The notes under the pieces are model-generated. The model was given only the letters and a program-made list of their open reading frames with translations. It did not search any database and was not told where the DNA came from. Below, piece after piece: positions 29,594-40,169 of a DNA stretch of 54,609 bases (its first letter is position 1; every line of letters begins with the position of its first letter). Position numbers and translations under genes: made by a program. The DNA is from an uncultured Candidatus Saccharibacteria bacterium (GTDB taxonomy: Bacteria; Patescibacteriota; Saccharimonadia; Saccharimonadales; Saccharimonadaceae), in the NCBI GenBank assembly GCA_963553475.1, contig CAUVNT010000001.1, forward strand, positions 1 to 54,609, written 5' to 3'.

Positions 29594-32029
29594 CTAGCCA
29601 TCTTTCGCCAGGCTTGCCTGGATATCGGCTAGGCTAAGGCGGATACCTGAACCTGGTACCAGTTCGCCGGTCAGAATCTTCTCGGCAACGATATTCTCGA
29701 CCGTACGCTGTACCACTCGACGCATCGGTCGGGCACCCAGACGAGGATCATAGCCGGCCTCCACTAGCGCCAACTTCGCCTGATCATCAACCGCCACGGC
29801 AACCTTTTGGTTAGCCAGATTCTTATTGATGCCGACTAGGATCAAGTCAATCACCTGCAGCAGCTCCGGCTTGGTCAGCGGCCTGAAGACAGCGATCTCG
29901 TCAAAACGGTTAAGAAACTCCGGCTTGAATTGCCCCGAACTAATCAGCTCATTTTGAATCTGCTCACTAAACTGCTCCAGCTGATAACCAGCCTCGATGT
30001 ACTGCCTGATCTTGTCCGCCCCGGCATTGCTGGTAGCAATCAGGATAGTATCTCGGAAGCTAATCGGGCGGTTGTTGATATCCCTTAGCACTCCCTCGTC
30101 CAGTACCTGCAGCAAGGTCGTCAGTACATTGGGGTGAGCTTTCTCGATCTCGTCCAGCAGCACCACACTGAAGGGATCCTTTTGCACCTGGGCTGACAGC
30201 GACATCGGGTCGGTCGCCCCGTCAGCAATCAAGCGAGCCACATCTTCCGCCCGGACATATTCGTTCAGATCAATCCGGACTAAATGATCCTCACCCGAGA
30301 AATAGACTGCCGCTAGCGACTTAGCTAGCTCAGTTTTGCCGACGCCGGTCGGGCCGAGAAAGAGGAAGGTGCCGATCGGACGGTTCTCATTGCGCACCCC
30401 CGCCCTAGCCCGACGCAAGGCTGATGCCACCGCTGAGACTGCCTTAGTCTGATTGATCATCCGCTGATGAATTAGTTCCTCTAGGTGAAGCAGCTTATCT
30501 TTCTCAGCTTGAGCATCACCGCTCTGTAGATTACCTCCGACCTTGATGCCTAGGGTTTGCTCAATAGTCTGCGCTACCACGCTAGGGTTAACCACCCCAC
30601 CCGAAGCTCGCTGAGCGGCACTCTCCAGTAGCTGAACCGAGGCTCTAGGCTGAGCCACGTCATGGATGTAGCGATTAGACAAGCGATACGCCTCAGTCAA
30701 CGCCTGATAGGTAAAGAGCGTCGTGCTGCCATATTCTAGTGGGATTATCCGATCTTCCAGTACCCTGATGGTATCGTTGTCATCGGTCGGAGTGATCTCA
30801 ATCCGATTGAGAGCGCTGGTTAGTGCTGGCTTAGCCTGAGCGATCTGGAGAAACCGCTGCTCCTCCATCGCCATGATCAGCTTGAGTCCACCGCCCTCAA
30901 TTGCCGGCTGAAGCAGATTAGACAGATCGACCGAGCCGGTGCCGTCGGACATAAATAACTCGGCATTATCAAGGAAGAGGATGATGTTCTTGGCTCGATA
31001 TGCTTCGGAGAGTAAACGACCGATCAATTGCTCAATCTCACCTCTGGCATTAGCTACCGAGATTATTGCCGAGGCATCCAGCATAAAGACCTGGTTAAAC
31101 TTGACGTCAGATGATGCACCTGATTTGGAGTCCATCAGGATATCGGCCAGCGCCTCCACTACGGTAGATTTACCCACTCCTAACGGTCCGATCAGCGCCA
31201 CGTTACGTCGAGCGTTACTAGAAAGATATTTAATCATATCATCGACCAGTAATCGGTTGCGCATCAGATTACCCGCCATTGACCGTCGTCCCTCAGAATA
31301 CTTGAGACTTAGATTAGTACCAAAATGTTCTAGGGTGGGAATATAGCCGAATGACCAGTCCCGAGCAATCCCGCCGGTCAGCTTCAGATCGCTACTGCGC
31401 CTCGCCTGCATCTCCCAATGCTCCAGCCACTCCACACCTCGATAGACATCACTGGCGTCTATCCGCAAATTGTTAAGGATGTCGGTACAGTCGGGGTTGA
31501 GGCGAATGATAGCCGCCACTACTACTACCGAAGGAATCGTGCTGGTTCGCTCAGGCAGGTGTGACCAGATGTTGATTGATTCCCGCCAGACGCTCTCCGT
31601 CAAGCTTGGGTCAGCCGGTGTCAGTTGGACTACTTGTTGAATCGGGATGCCTAGACGATTAGCCAGAAACTTTGCTCCGCCACTACCGGCTAGTGCCTCA
31701 ATGATGGTGCAAGGGTTAGGATCTTGGGGCAACAAGCCCAGTACTTCCAACGACAAAATGTCACCGATGTTGCGAGGCTGCTTGCTCGCCGGCATATCCC
31801 TCAGCCGAGAGCGTAGCCACAGATATGGCACTAGCGACCAGCCCGCCAGCATCAATACCAACCAGCCAATTGCCATGCCCGCCAGTAGTAGGACTATGCC
31901 CAGTAACGACAACAGGATGGCTCCGACCAGGGTAATAACCCGAGTCAGCTTGCCAAAGCGCTGACAATATCTCGCCTCAATCGCCCGATTAGCCCGATAA
32001 TTCAGCCGGTAGTCTAGATTATTTTCCAC
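29594..32029 (-). CDS. Membrane-anchored ClpA/B-like AAA+ ATPase
   Basis: Two N-terminal TMs; GPLGVGKS; GPTGVGKTELAK, LLDEIEKAH, PEFLNR, GARP. Confidence 0.9.
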   Translation of the reverse strand: MENNLDYRLNYRANRAIEARYCQRFGKLTRVITLVGAILLSLLGIVLLLAGMAIGWLVLMLAGWSLVPYLWLRSRLRDMPASKQPRNIGDILSLEVLGLLPQDPNPCTIIEALAGSGGAKFLANRLGIPIQQVVQLTPADPSLTESVWRESINIWSHLPERTSTIPSVVVVAAIIRLNPDCTDILNNLRIDASDVYRGVEWLEHWEMQARRSSDLKLTGGIARDWSFGYIPTLEHFGTNLSLKYSEGRRSMAGNLMRNRLLVDDMIKYLSSNARRNVALIGPLGVGKSTVVEALADILMDSKSGASSDVKFNQVFMLDASAIISVANARGEIEQLIGRLLSEAYRAKNIILFLDNAELFMSDGTGSVDLSNLLQPAIEGGGLKLIMAMEEQRFLQIAQAKPALTSALNRIEITPTDDNDTIRVLEDRIIPLEYGSTTLFTYQALTEAYRLSNRYIHDVAQPRASVQLLESAAQRASGGVVNPSVVAQTIEQTLGIKVGGNLQSGDAQAEKDKLLHLEELIHQRMINQTKAVSAVASALRRARAGVRNENRPIGTFLFLGPTGVGKTELAKSLAAVYFSGEDHLVRIDLNEYVRAEDVARLIADGATDPMSLSAQVQKDPFSVVLLDEIEKAHPNVLTTLLQVLDEGVLRDINNRPISFRDTILIATSNAGADKIRQYIEAGYQLEQFSEQIQNELISSGQFKPEFLNRFDEIAVFRPLTKPELLQVIDLILVGINKNLANQKVAVAVDDQAKLALVEAGYDPRLGARPMRRVVQRTVENIVAEKILTGELVPGSGIRLSLADIQASLAKDG

Positions 32030-32400
32030 GGCGCCCCCACACTAACCATCAAGATCAGACCTAGCACCGGAGCTAATGGCAAAAGCGGCCAGCTGGCTAA
32101 GCGGAGTACGCTAATGATGGCGTAGATAATCAGAGCCAGCGTCCCGACGAAGACCATGACCAGCCGCATCACGCTACCGACCAAGCGACTAATTAGCTTG
32201 TCGGCAATGACACTAGCCAGGCTGGCAGTCTTGCCCGCCTGCTCGCCTACTGAGATCTGGCGAAAGGGAGCAAAGAGCGTCCTGAGCAGCATACCGATGC
32301 TAAACTTGTCTGCCAGCTTGATGAATGACCGCTTGGTTAAGCTGATTTGCTCCAACCAGCCCTCCGAGTACCACCAAGACAGCAAGCTAATGATAACCAT
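32014..32400 (-). CDS. Small membrane protein overlapping the Clp ATPase gene
   Basis: SWWY, LLRTLFAPFRQI, C-terminal TMs. Confidence 0.75.
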   Translation of the reverse strand: MVIISLLSWWYSEGWLEQISLTKRSFIKLADKFSIGMLLRTLFAPFRQISVGEQAGKTASLASVIADKLISRLVGSVMRLVMVFVGTLALIIYAIISVLRLASWPLLPLAPVLGLILMVSVGAPWKII

Positions 32401-32476
32401 AACTGTATTATACTACAGCCATCCAGTACCAAGAGAGGCAACGGCACTAAGGCAGACGTAATCACCCGGTCGCAGA

Positions 32477-33106
32477 CTAGCGACGACCCATGCCGTAGCC
32501 CCAGTCGATGCCTTGGTTCATCTCCTTAAATTGACTATGGTAAGGTCGATTCCTTAACTCTTCCAGATCATCCAACGTCAGGGACGTAGTCCTCTTGGGG
32601 CTTTCTCGCTTAGCATCCGGTTGAAGTGTCTGACGTGGACCTTGTTCCTCTGATTCCTCAAGCTCTTGTATCAACTGCCTCGCCTCTTGTAGCATCTGCT
32701 CTGTCTCTTCCAGTTTCTGTCGCAATTGTTCTGCTTCCAGTGCCGCTTGTTCAAACTCCGAATCTAGTTGAAATGTCTGAAATGAAGCTCGCTCACCATA
32801 CTCTTGTAGCAACCGCCTTGTCTCCGGCAGCATCTGTTCCAGCTCTTCCAGTTTCCGTCGCCCGTATTCTACCTCCAGCATCATTTGTTCAAACTCCGAA
32901 TCTATAGCGGAGATTTCAAGAGAGTGGCCATGACCATCACTTAGATTATTGTCAGAGCTATCATCTGCTTTATCGACCCGGTCGTCATCAGGCTGATCTG
33001 TTTCTTCCGGATGCGCCAGCATCGACCAGTCATTGACATCTAGATTATAGAGAAAGCTATCATCAGGTAGCTGGTAGTCATGACTGGGACGGTTCATATT
33101 ATTCAT
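32477..33106 (-). CDS. Acidic coiled-coil hypothetical protein with a 46-aa tandem repeat
   Basis: DSEFEQ...KLEE..QML.E.R.L.QE occurs twice, 138 bp apart. Confidence 0.7.
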   Translation of the reverse strand: MNNMNRPSHDYQLPDDSFLYNLDVNDWSMLAHPEETDQPDDDRVDKADDSSDNNLSDGHGHSLEISAIDSEFEQMMLEVEYGRRKLEELEQMLPETRRLLQEYGERASFQTFQLDSEFEQAALEAEQLRQKLEETEQMLQEARQLIQELEESEEQGPRQTLQPDAKRESPKRTTSLTLDDLEELRNRPYHSQFKEMNQGIDWGYGMGRR

Positions 33107-33220
33107 AAGCCTTGCCCGATAGTCCTTTCTAGCATGATGCTTGACTTAATAACTAATCTATACATTAGCATAATAACAGCGTAGTGTCAACCCAGCGCCT
33201 ACATTAACACCTTAATACCT

Positions 33221-33914
33221 ATAATTTCCCTCTATGCATAACTCTCTTATGTACGAGTAGTACAGGTGGTCTCCTCAGGCTCCAGCACGATACTTAACAC
33301 CAGTAACTGCAAAGAGGGCTTAAGGTGTAATAACGCTCTGTGTATGTTAGGTTAGCCTAACTAGCATCAGCTGGACAGGCTGGCACCGTATAAACTACCA
33401 CGTGCACTGGATAGCTTACTGATATATCAACAGCCTTCGTCAACCACACTGTACTACTCGTACCAAGAGTGCTCATCTTTGGATGAAGCTGGACTAAGTA
33501 ATGAGGCCGGGGAAATTACATATGTATCAATGCCTTAGCCAGAGTAACTCACCTAGCTTCCTCAGGCTCCAGCATCCCAGCATGATGCATAAAGCTGGCG
33601 TTGCGTAAGAAGAATTAGGGTGTGTAATATGAGCTTAAATTGTACCTGAATAGACCTACGCATCTGCTGGGTGCTGGACAGACTGGCGACGTAGCGATTA
33701 CCACTGACAATTGCCAGCCTACTGCTGTATCAACAGCCATCGGAAGCTTAGGTGAGTTACTCTGGCACATAATAGTCCTTAATGCATAATAAGGGTGTCT
33801 TTTGTCCTTCACTCTGCATCGTCATTTCCTGAAGACTGTGCACGCTTGAAGCTCAGCAGTGCACGAGCCAGCCAGGCGGGTCTGAGGGAAATGATGATGC
33901 AGATGAAGAATGAG
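33221..33914. repeat. Structured non-coding repeat, copy 2 (modules A, B and C)
   Basis: Hairpins 33251-33463, 33538-33766 and 33807-33908; homologous to 14101-14439. Confidence 0.85.
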
Positions 33915-34020
33915 AGGTCCAACGAGCAATACAATGAGGCGACTATGTGTGTTCCTCTGTACCTCTGCTCCTAACTGCTGGTATAATTATACTGAGCTTA
34001 AATAACCAGGAGTAAGAACT

Positions 34021-34740
34021 ATGTCAGGACACAGCAAATGGGAGACAACCAAAAGGCAAAAAGCAGTAGTCGACGCCAAGCGAGGCGCCGTCTTCACCAA
34101 ACTGGGCAACATGATCGCCATCGCCGCCCGCAAAGGAACAGACCCCGACATGAACCCCGCCCTAGCCCTAGCCATCGACAAAGCCAAGCACGCCAACATG
34201 CCCGCTTCTAACATTCAGCGAGCCATCGACCGAGTCAGCGACAAAAACGCCTCGGCTCTGGAGGAGATAGTCTACGAGGCTTATGGTCCAGGTGGCATCG
34301 GGATTATTATTGAGACGGCGACAGATAACCGCAACCGCACCTTACCCGAGGTACGCACCACCCTGACTAAGAACGGCGGCACCATCGCCGACCCGGGCTC
34401 GGTGGCTTTTCAGTTTGACCATAAAGGCGTTATCCATGTCGAGGCAACCGGCGATGAAGCGCTGATGACTATCCTGGATGCCGGAGCGGAAGATGCCACT
34501 GACGATGGCAAGGAAATTACCGCTATTACCGACATGCGAGACCTTCATCAAGTACGCCAAGCCATCGTCGACGCCGGGCTAACGGTAGCTGATGCCGGAC
34601 TGGAATATGTCGGTAAGACTCAAGTTGAAGTCAGCGACCCGGATAAGGCCGCCCGGGCGATGCGTCTGCTAAATGCCCTTGACGACCTGGATGACGTGAC
34701 CGGCGTCCACACTAACGCTGACATCACGGCGGAAGTCTGA
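34021..34740 (+). CDS. yebC: YebC/PmpR-family protein
   Basis: MSGHSKW, YEAYGPGG, TDNRNRT. Confidence 0.96.
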   Translation: MSGHSKWETTKRQKAVVDAKRGAVFTKLGNMIAIAARKGTDPDMNPALALAIDKAKHANMPASNIQRAIDRVSDKNASALEEIVYEAYGPGGIGIIIETATDNRNRTLPEVRTTLTKNGGTIADPGSVAFQFDHKGVIHVEATGDEALMTILDAGAEDATDDGKEITAITDMRDLHQVRQAIVDAGLTVADAGLEYVGKTQVEVSDPDKAARAMRLLNALDDLDDVTGVHTNADITAEV

Positions 34741-34791
34741 TATAATTCAAACCGTAGCTAAGTTTTGCGCCGAAAGACATAGGTAGTTAGT

Positions 34792-34867
34792 CGGGGTGTG
34801 GCGCAGTTGGTAGCGCGCCGCGTTTGGGACGCGGAGGTCGTCCGTTCAAGTCGGATCACCCCGACCA
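34792..34867 (+). tRNA. tRNA-Pro (TGG)
   Basis: CGGGGTG...CACCCCG ACCA; anticodon loop TTTGGGA. Confidence 0.95.
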
Positions 34868-34888
34868 GTAATTATTTTAAGGATCAAG

Positions 34889-36340
34889 GTGGATAAGCTA
34901 AAAAATAAAGCCAGAATAGCCAAGCTAAAAATGACCGGGCTGCCCGGTTGGCTTCGGCGCCACCTTGTCCTTAGTATCATCCTCAGTATCATCCTGATCT
35001 TTTGTCTAGGCTCAGTCGTCTTCGCTCTGACTTTCTACCGGGACAAGGCAGCCCCCGGTGTCACCATCGCTAACGTCAAGGTCGGCGGGCGTACTAAGAA
35101 GCAAATCGCCGCTATCATCCATAACCTGACTAAGAATATCCGCCTCAGCCTCAAGTATGACGGTAAGTCTGCCACCGCTAGCGCCAAAGACCTGGGGGTC
35201 GATATCAAGACCGAACAGCTCGCCGAGAGGGCTGCTCAGACCGGGCGAAACAATCCACTGGGCATCTTGTTTAACCATCAGCATTTCGACCTGGCTACCT
35301 CGTACGACAAAACAAAGGTTAAGCACTTCGTCGATGCTAACTTCCCCGAGTTAACCACTGACCCTAAGGATGCTCAGCTAGTCTACAATAGAGACCAGAA
35401 CCGCTATCAGGTTCAGCCCGGTACTGTCGGAAAGTCAGTCCGGCTGCTTGACCTATATCGTCAAGTCGAAAAGCTCCTCAAGACACCCCAGATCACCAGT
35501 TATCAGATTACTACCATCAATGACCACCCTACTATCAGCGATAAATCAGCCGAGGAAACCGCTAATAAGATCAATCAGTCGCTCAGCCAATCGATCCAGA
35601 TCTTTAACGGTGACCGGACTCTCTGGACGATTGACCCTTGGACGATCGCTGACTGGACGTCATTTCAGCCTAACCATACGACATCAAGCTATGACATCGC
35701 CTTTGATAAAGATAAGATTGCCAAGTTCATCACCGAGACGGTTGCCGGTGAACTGAGTGACAAACCGGTCAACCAGCTAGCTATCACCGATGGCAACAAG
35801 CAGGTGCTACAGGTAATCCGCCCGGGGCGCAACGGTCAGACCGCCAGTAATGTCGACGATATCGCTAACCAAGTTATCACCGGCCTCAAGGATGGCTCCG
35901 GTAAACGAATCGAGATGACCACCAAGGATTCGCCCTTCCAGACCGATGCCTACATAGCAGCAGACGGTCACTGGATTGAATACAATCGATCGACCTATGA
36001 AGTACGCCTGTGGGCCGGCAACGGCATAGTCTGGTCGACTAATCAGACTTCTCAGGGTAAGCCCTCTACTCCGACCATCACCGGCTTGTTCAGAGTCTGG
36101 TACAAAGTATACCAGCAGTGCATGCCTAATCCACCGGCAAAAGAGCCTCTCTGCAACATTCATTACATCACTTTCTGGCAATCGTCCGGCTACGCTTTCC
36201 ACGAAGCCTGGTGGATGAACTACGTCAACGGCAACGTCCGCCAGGGCATCTCACACGGCTGCGTCAACATGTTTATCGGTGACGCCAAACGAGTCTACGA
36301 CTGGGCATCAATCGGCACGCCTGTCTGGGTGCACAACTAG
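34889..36340 (+). CDS. L,D-transpeptidase (YkuD) with peptidoglycan-binding region
   Basis: N-terminal TM; YAFH, SHGCVN. Confidence 0.9.
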   Translation: MDKLKNKARIAKLKMTGLPGWLRRHLVLSIILSIILIFCLGSVVFALTFYRDKAAPGVTIANVKVGGRTKKQIAAIIHNLTKNIRLSLKYDGKSATASAKDLGVDIKTEQLAERAAQTGRNNPLGILFNHQHFDLATSYDKTKVKHFVDANFPELTTDPKDAQLVYNRDQNRYQVQPGTVGKSVRLLDLYRQVEKLLKTPQITSYQITTINDHPTISDKSAEETANKINQSLSQSIQIFNGDRTLWTIDPWTIADWTSFQPNHTTSSYDIAFDKDKIAKFITETVAGELSDKPVNQLAITDGNKQVLQVIRPGRNGQTASNVDDIANQVITGLKDGSGKRIEMTTKDSPFQTDAYIAADGHWIEYNRSTYEVRLWAGNGIVWSTNQTSQGKPSTPTITGLFRVWYKVYQQCMPNPPAKEPLCNIHYITFWQSSGYAFHEAWWMNYVNGNVRQGISHGCVNMFIGDAKRVYDWASIGTPVWVHN

Positions 36341-36349
36341 ACATTCGGC

Positions 36350-37111
36350 TTACTGCGGTCTGGTCAAGGCGATCTGACGGGCTCGCTCTGACAGTCGTTC
36401 CAGATGAGCCAGCTCCTTCTCGGCATGACTATTAGCCGGCTCAAGCTTCGCCTCACCGTAGCACCGGTAGCTTGCTCTAGCCAGCAGCCAATCAGCCAGA
36501 TGAGGGCTCTTAGCTAGTACCGGACCATGTAGATACGTGCCTATCGCCGCCTGCTTGATCGCCCCCTCAAGCCTGCTAGCGCCGTCATTGCCCCAGCCCT
36601 TGATTACTTGCCCTAGCGGAGCCTGCTCCTTACCAAGATCGGTTCGACCGCTGTGATTTTCATAACCGACCAGTACGCCCAGCTCATCGCCGGCATCGAC
36701 TACTGCGTTACCAATCAATCGCTTCTGCCCCGCCACCGTGACAGCATCAAAGATGCCCAGCCCCGTCAGCCGATCGCCATCGCCGGTCTGGAAATAATGA
36801 CCCATCAGCTGGTATAGCCCACAGATAACCAGCATCGGTATACCGGCCTCTATCATACCCGGTAGCTCAGACTTTAACTTCACCAGGTCGCTCAGGATTG
36901 CCCTCTGCCCCGAGTCCTGCCCGCCGCCACCCAAGATTAGGTCAGCTTTCACCAGATTAGCCATATCTGGTGTCGAATTATAACTAACCAACCTTGCCCG
37001 ATAACCATACAGCTCAGCTCGCCGACAGATGATCTGGGCGTTGCCGTAGTCACCGTAGAGATTCATCTGCTCGGGGTATAGCTGGACGATGTTAAGCTGG
37101 CGTCGTTTCAT
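36350..37111 (-). CDS. gatD: Lipid II amidotransferase glutaminase subunit
   Basis: NLYGD.GN, GGGQD, ICGLYQ, ENHSG, TYLHGP. Confidence 0.9.
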   Translation of the reverse strand: MKRRQLNIVQLYPEQMNLYGDYGNAQIICRRAELYGYRARLVSYNSTPDMANLVKADLILGGGGQDSGQRAILSDLVKLKSELPGMIEAGIPMLVICGLYQLMGHYFQTGDGDRLTGLGIFDAVTVAGQKRLIGNAVVDAGDELGVLVGYENHSGRTDLGKEQAPLGQVIKGWGNDGASRLEGAIKQAAIGTYLHGPVLAKSPHLADWLLARASYRCYGEAKLEPANSHAEKELAHLERLSERARQIALTRPQ

Positions 37112-38376
37112 CGTTTTTCCTCCCGACTCTGCCTAGCTAGGAGTAGCTGTCTGATCTTTAGCATCGCCGTATAAGTAGCAAAGATCTGTCCGTCGCCCTC
37201 TAGTCGATCAAGAAAGGACTCAGTCGCCACGACAATATCCGGCTCAACTGACCTGGGCGCCACTTGATCATACTCTAGCCGAAGCGCCATATCGTACGCC
37301 CGGATGCCTGTCACGCTCACTTCATCTCGCCTCAGTGAGTCAATCTTTACGTCCCACAGCCAGGAGACGTCTCTGCCATCGGCATACTGGTCGTTAATAG
37401 CGATCAAAGTCGGCTGCACCTCAGCTGAATCGAGACTCAGCTGGAAGCCACTCGGGTTTTTAACCAGGATTAATCGGACAGTTCCCTCGGCTAAGCTAAG
37501 CTCTTCGCCTCGTCCAAACGCCGGTTTAATCTTAGTCAATGTCTCGACTGCTCGCTGTGGATCAAATCGGTCCTGCTCGACCGCTCGCACCAAGCTCAAG
37601 GCTGCTCCACAGTTAAGAGCATTGTAGATGCCGAAAAGTCGCAATTCGGTCGTATACCGTTTGCCATCGATCAGATACTGCGCCCGACGACCGGTTAGTC
37701 TATCCAGAGTTAATACGTTCTCAGCAACACCTTTAGAGCGTTTGGCTCGCTGACTAGTATGCAGCTCTTCATCTGTACGGTACAATCGGCTCGCCTCACC
37801 GCTGGCACCAAACCACGCCGGTCGAGCCGTCAGCCGATCACTCTGACCTAGCTGACTTAGCCGTGGGTCATCAGCATTTAGCACCACTACATCGGTCGTC
37901 TGTTCGGCTACATACGAGAGCAGCCGAGCTGTCTGATCAATCTCACCGAAGCGGTCAAGCTGATCTCTCAGTACATTGAGCAGCAGACTGTAGCGTGGTT
38001 TAACCTGTGCCACGAAGTGAGTCGCATGAGCTTCGTCCAGCTCCAGCACTGCGATGTCGGCCCCCAGTCGCCCACGACGCATGACCGGCAAAGCCGCCGA
38101 GATGACCCCTCGAGCAAAGTTACTCCCACTGGGGTTCGTAAATACCCGGTAGCCATCCGCCCGCAGGAGGTCGGCAACGATCTTGGTGGTGGTAGTCTTG
38201 CCGTTAGTCCCACTGACCAGCACTACACCCTCCGGCAACTCAGCGAGTAATCGCCCGAGAAAGCGGGGCGACAGCTTCTCGACCACTAGCCCTGGTAAAG
38301 CCGAGCCATGACCGCCGCCCAGGCGCCGAGATAGAAAGACCAAACATTTGCCAATCAGGCTCACTAACCACATCAT
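37108..38376 (-). CDS. murT: Lipid II amidotransferase Mur-ligase subunit
   Basis: GTNGKTTT, RDQLDRFGE, KNPSG, DGRDVSWLWD. Confidence 0.9.
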   Translation of the reverse strand: MMWLVSLIGKCLVFLSRRLGGGHGSALPGLVVEKLSPRFLGRLLAELPEGVVLVSGTNGKTTTTKIVADLLRADGYRVFTNPSGSNFARGVISAALPVMRRGRLGADIAVLELDEAHATHFVAQVKPRYSLLLNVLRDQLDRFGEIDQTARLLSYVAEQTTDVVVLNADDPRLSQLGQSDRLTARPAWFGASGEASRLYRTDEELHTSQRAKRSKGVAENVLTLDRLTGRRAQYLIDGKRYTTELRLFGIYNALNCGAALSLVRAVEQDRFDPQRAVETLTKIKPAFGRGEELSLAEGTVRLILVKNPSGFQLSLDSAEVQPTLIAINDQYADGRDVSWLWDVKIDSLRRDEVSVTGIRAYDMALRLEYDQVAPRSVEPDIVVATESFLDRLEGDGQIFATYTAMLKIRQLLLARQSREEKR

Positions 38377-38388
38377 ATCTAACTCGCC

Positions 38389-39849
38389 TCATTCTATCAC
38401 ATTATCACCGTAGAAATTGTGCTTGGTCAAGCGTTTTAACACTAAGATGACGGCTATCATTACTAGATAATATACACCCGCCATCCTCAGCTCTAGCCGA
38501 TACTCCAGCCCTGCTCCGGGGAGAGTAGAACCCCAGCTAGCCACTGCCTTCACCCAATCCAGCAGAGCGTTAGCCGGTAGGGCAATAACGTTAGCTCCGG
38601 CCAGCGGCAAAAGAAAAGTACTTAATCCAGCCACAAAAGTAGCCAGCATGGCCAAAGGCAACATCGGCAATACCAGCAAATTAGTCACCAGACCAACAAG
38701 CGAAACCTTACCCATCGCTACGGCTATAATCGGCCAAGTAACTAGCTGGGCGCTGACCGTCTCCAGCAGGATCTGCACCAAGCTCCACTTAGCCTTGATC
38801 AGGTCATGAAGTAAGGGCGCCAAGATGATCACCCCGGCAAATGAGCCGAAAGATAAGTACCAGCTGACATCACCCCACAGCTGGCTAGGGTCAAGCACGA
38901 TCGTCACAGTCGCCACGACAGCTAGTAAAGTCACCGGGTGAGACTTGCGACCGACATACCAGAGGAACAAGCTATATATCGACACCAGTACCGCTCGGTC
39001 CATGCTGGCCGATGAGCCGGTCAATTGGGTGAATAGTAGCACCAGAGTGACCGATAGAACGACCGCTACTAAGCGAGACCTTTTCGCTAGCAGACGCCGA
39101 GCGAAACGAACCAACACCGTCAGATTGTAGCCGCTAGCTACCAGTACGTGAGTCAGTGACGCCAGCATAAAGGCGTTTTTAATTCGCTCGTTTAGGTTGG
39201 CTTTCTGACCGGTCAAGATGCCCATACCCAGATCTGCATTTTCTCGGCTCATGACCTTCTTAAGACCATCGGCAAAGTAATCCCGTATCCGCCCCATCGG
39301 ATTAGCTCCAGCTGGACGAGCCACCTCAACCAGCCTCGCCCTAGGCAAGGTCGCCGCATAAGACCCAAAGCCACTGTCTAACGTACCGCTTAGCTTGACC
39401 CGATCGTAGCGAAGCAACTTAGCTGGCCGACCGTCCCTGATTGATACCCAGATTCGCCCGCCCAGGTCATACCGGCGTCTACCTAAAGTTAATATCGGCT
39501 GATCAAGATTGATCGTCATCAACCCTCTACTCATCGCCGGGTCATCAACTACCGTACCTTGCACCACCACTTCATCACCGACCAGGTCGCTATAGCGATC
39601 AATACTAGCCAGTAACCCGCTTGACCTGACTACTCCCAAGACTAAACCGCCTAATACCGCCATAGCTAACATTAGTCGCCAGCGACTAATCAGCGAGACC
39701 AAGCTAAGCACTACCCCAAAGCCGAGCAACCATAAGCTATGTCTGTCTGCTCCCGGAAACCACCGCACTACCGCCACACCGGCCAAGAAGCCCAGGCAGA
39801 TCGCCGTAATCACCCATGAGACATGCGTCTTCTCTTTCAAGTAGCCCAC
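38389..39849 (-). CDS. comEC: ComEC/Rec2 DNA uptake channel
   Basis: LTHVLVASGYN, multi-TM, LSF motif. Confidence 0.9.
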   Translation of the reverse strand: MGYLKEKTHVSWVITAICLGFLAGVAVVRWFPGADRHSLWLLGFGVVLSLVSLISRWRLMLAMAVLGGLVLGVVRSSGLLASIDRYSDLVGDEVVVQGTVVDDPAMSRGLMTINLDQPILTLGRRRYDLGGRIWVSIRDGRPAKLLRYDRVKLSGTLDSGFGSYAATLPRARLVEVARPAGANPMGRIRDYFADGLKKVMSRENADLGMGILTGQKANLNERIKNAFMLASLTHVLVASGYNLTVLVRFARRLLAKRSRLVAVVLSVTLVLLFTQLTGSSASMDRAVLVSIYSLFLWYVGRKSHPVTLLAVVATVTIVLDPSQLWGDVSWYLSFGSFAGVIILAPLLHDLIKAKWSLVQILLETVSAQLVTWPIIAVAMGKVSLVGLVTNLLVLPMLPLAMLATFVAGLSTFLLPLAGANVIALPANALLDWVKAVASWGSTLPGAGLEYRLELRMAGVYYLVMIAVILVLKRLTKHNFYGDNVIE

Positions 39850-39993
39850 TAAACATATTATGTCACAATGAGCTTAGGGCGGTCAGAGTCATAATCGATG
39901 GCTCACGGAAGCTATAGTTAGTTCAGTCAGCTACATCCGACTAAAAATATAAATCGCCCTTCTAAAAGAGCGATTGATTGGCTTGTTCTGATG

Positions 39994-40069
39994 TGGTGGG
40001 TCGAGTGGGGCTCGAACCCACGACACCAGGCTTAAAAGGCCCGTGCTCTGCCAACTGAGCTATCGACCC
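39994..40069 (-). tRNA. tRNA-Lys (TTT)
   Basis: Reverse complement GGGTCGA...TCGACCC ACCA; loop CTTTTAA. Confidence 0.95.
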
Positions 40070-40169
40070 GTGATTAACTAGCAATAATATACCATAATTC
40101 CCGCTAGCCACCCAAATTATGAGCAGAGTGCTATTATGTTAATAGTAAATAATATGAGAAGGGTGGCAA

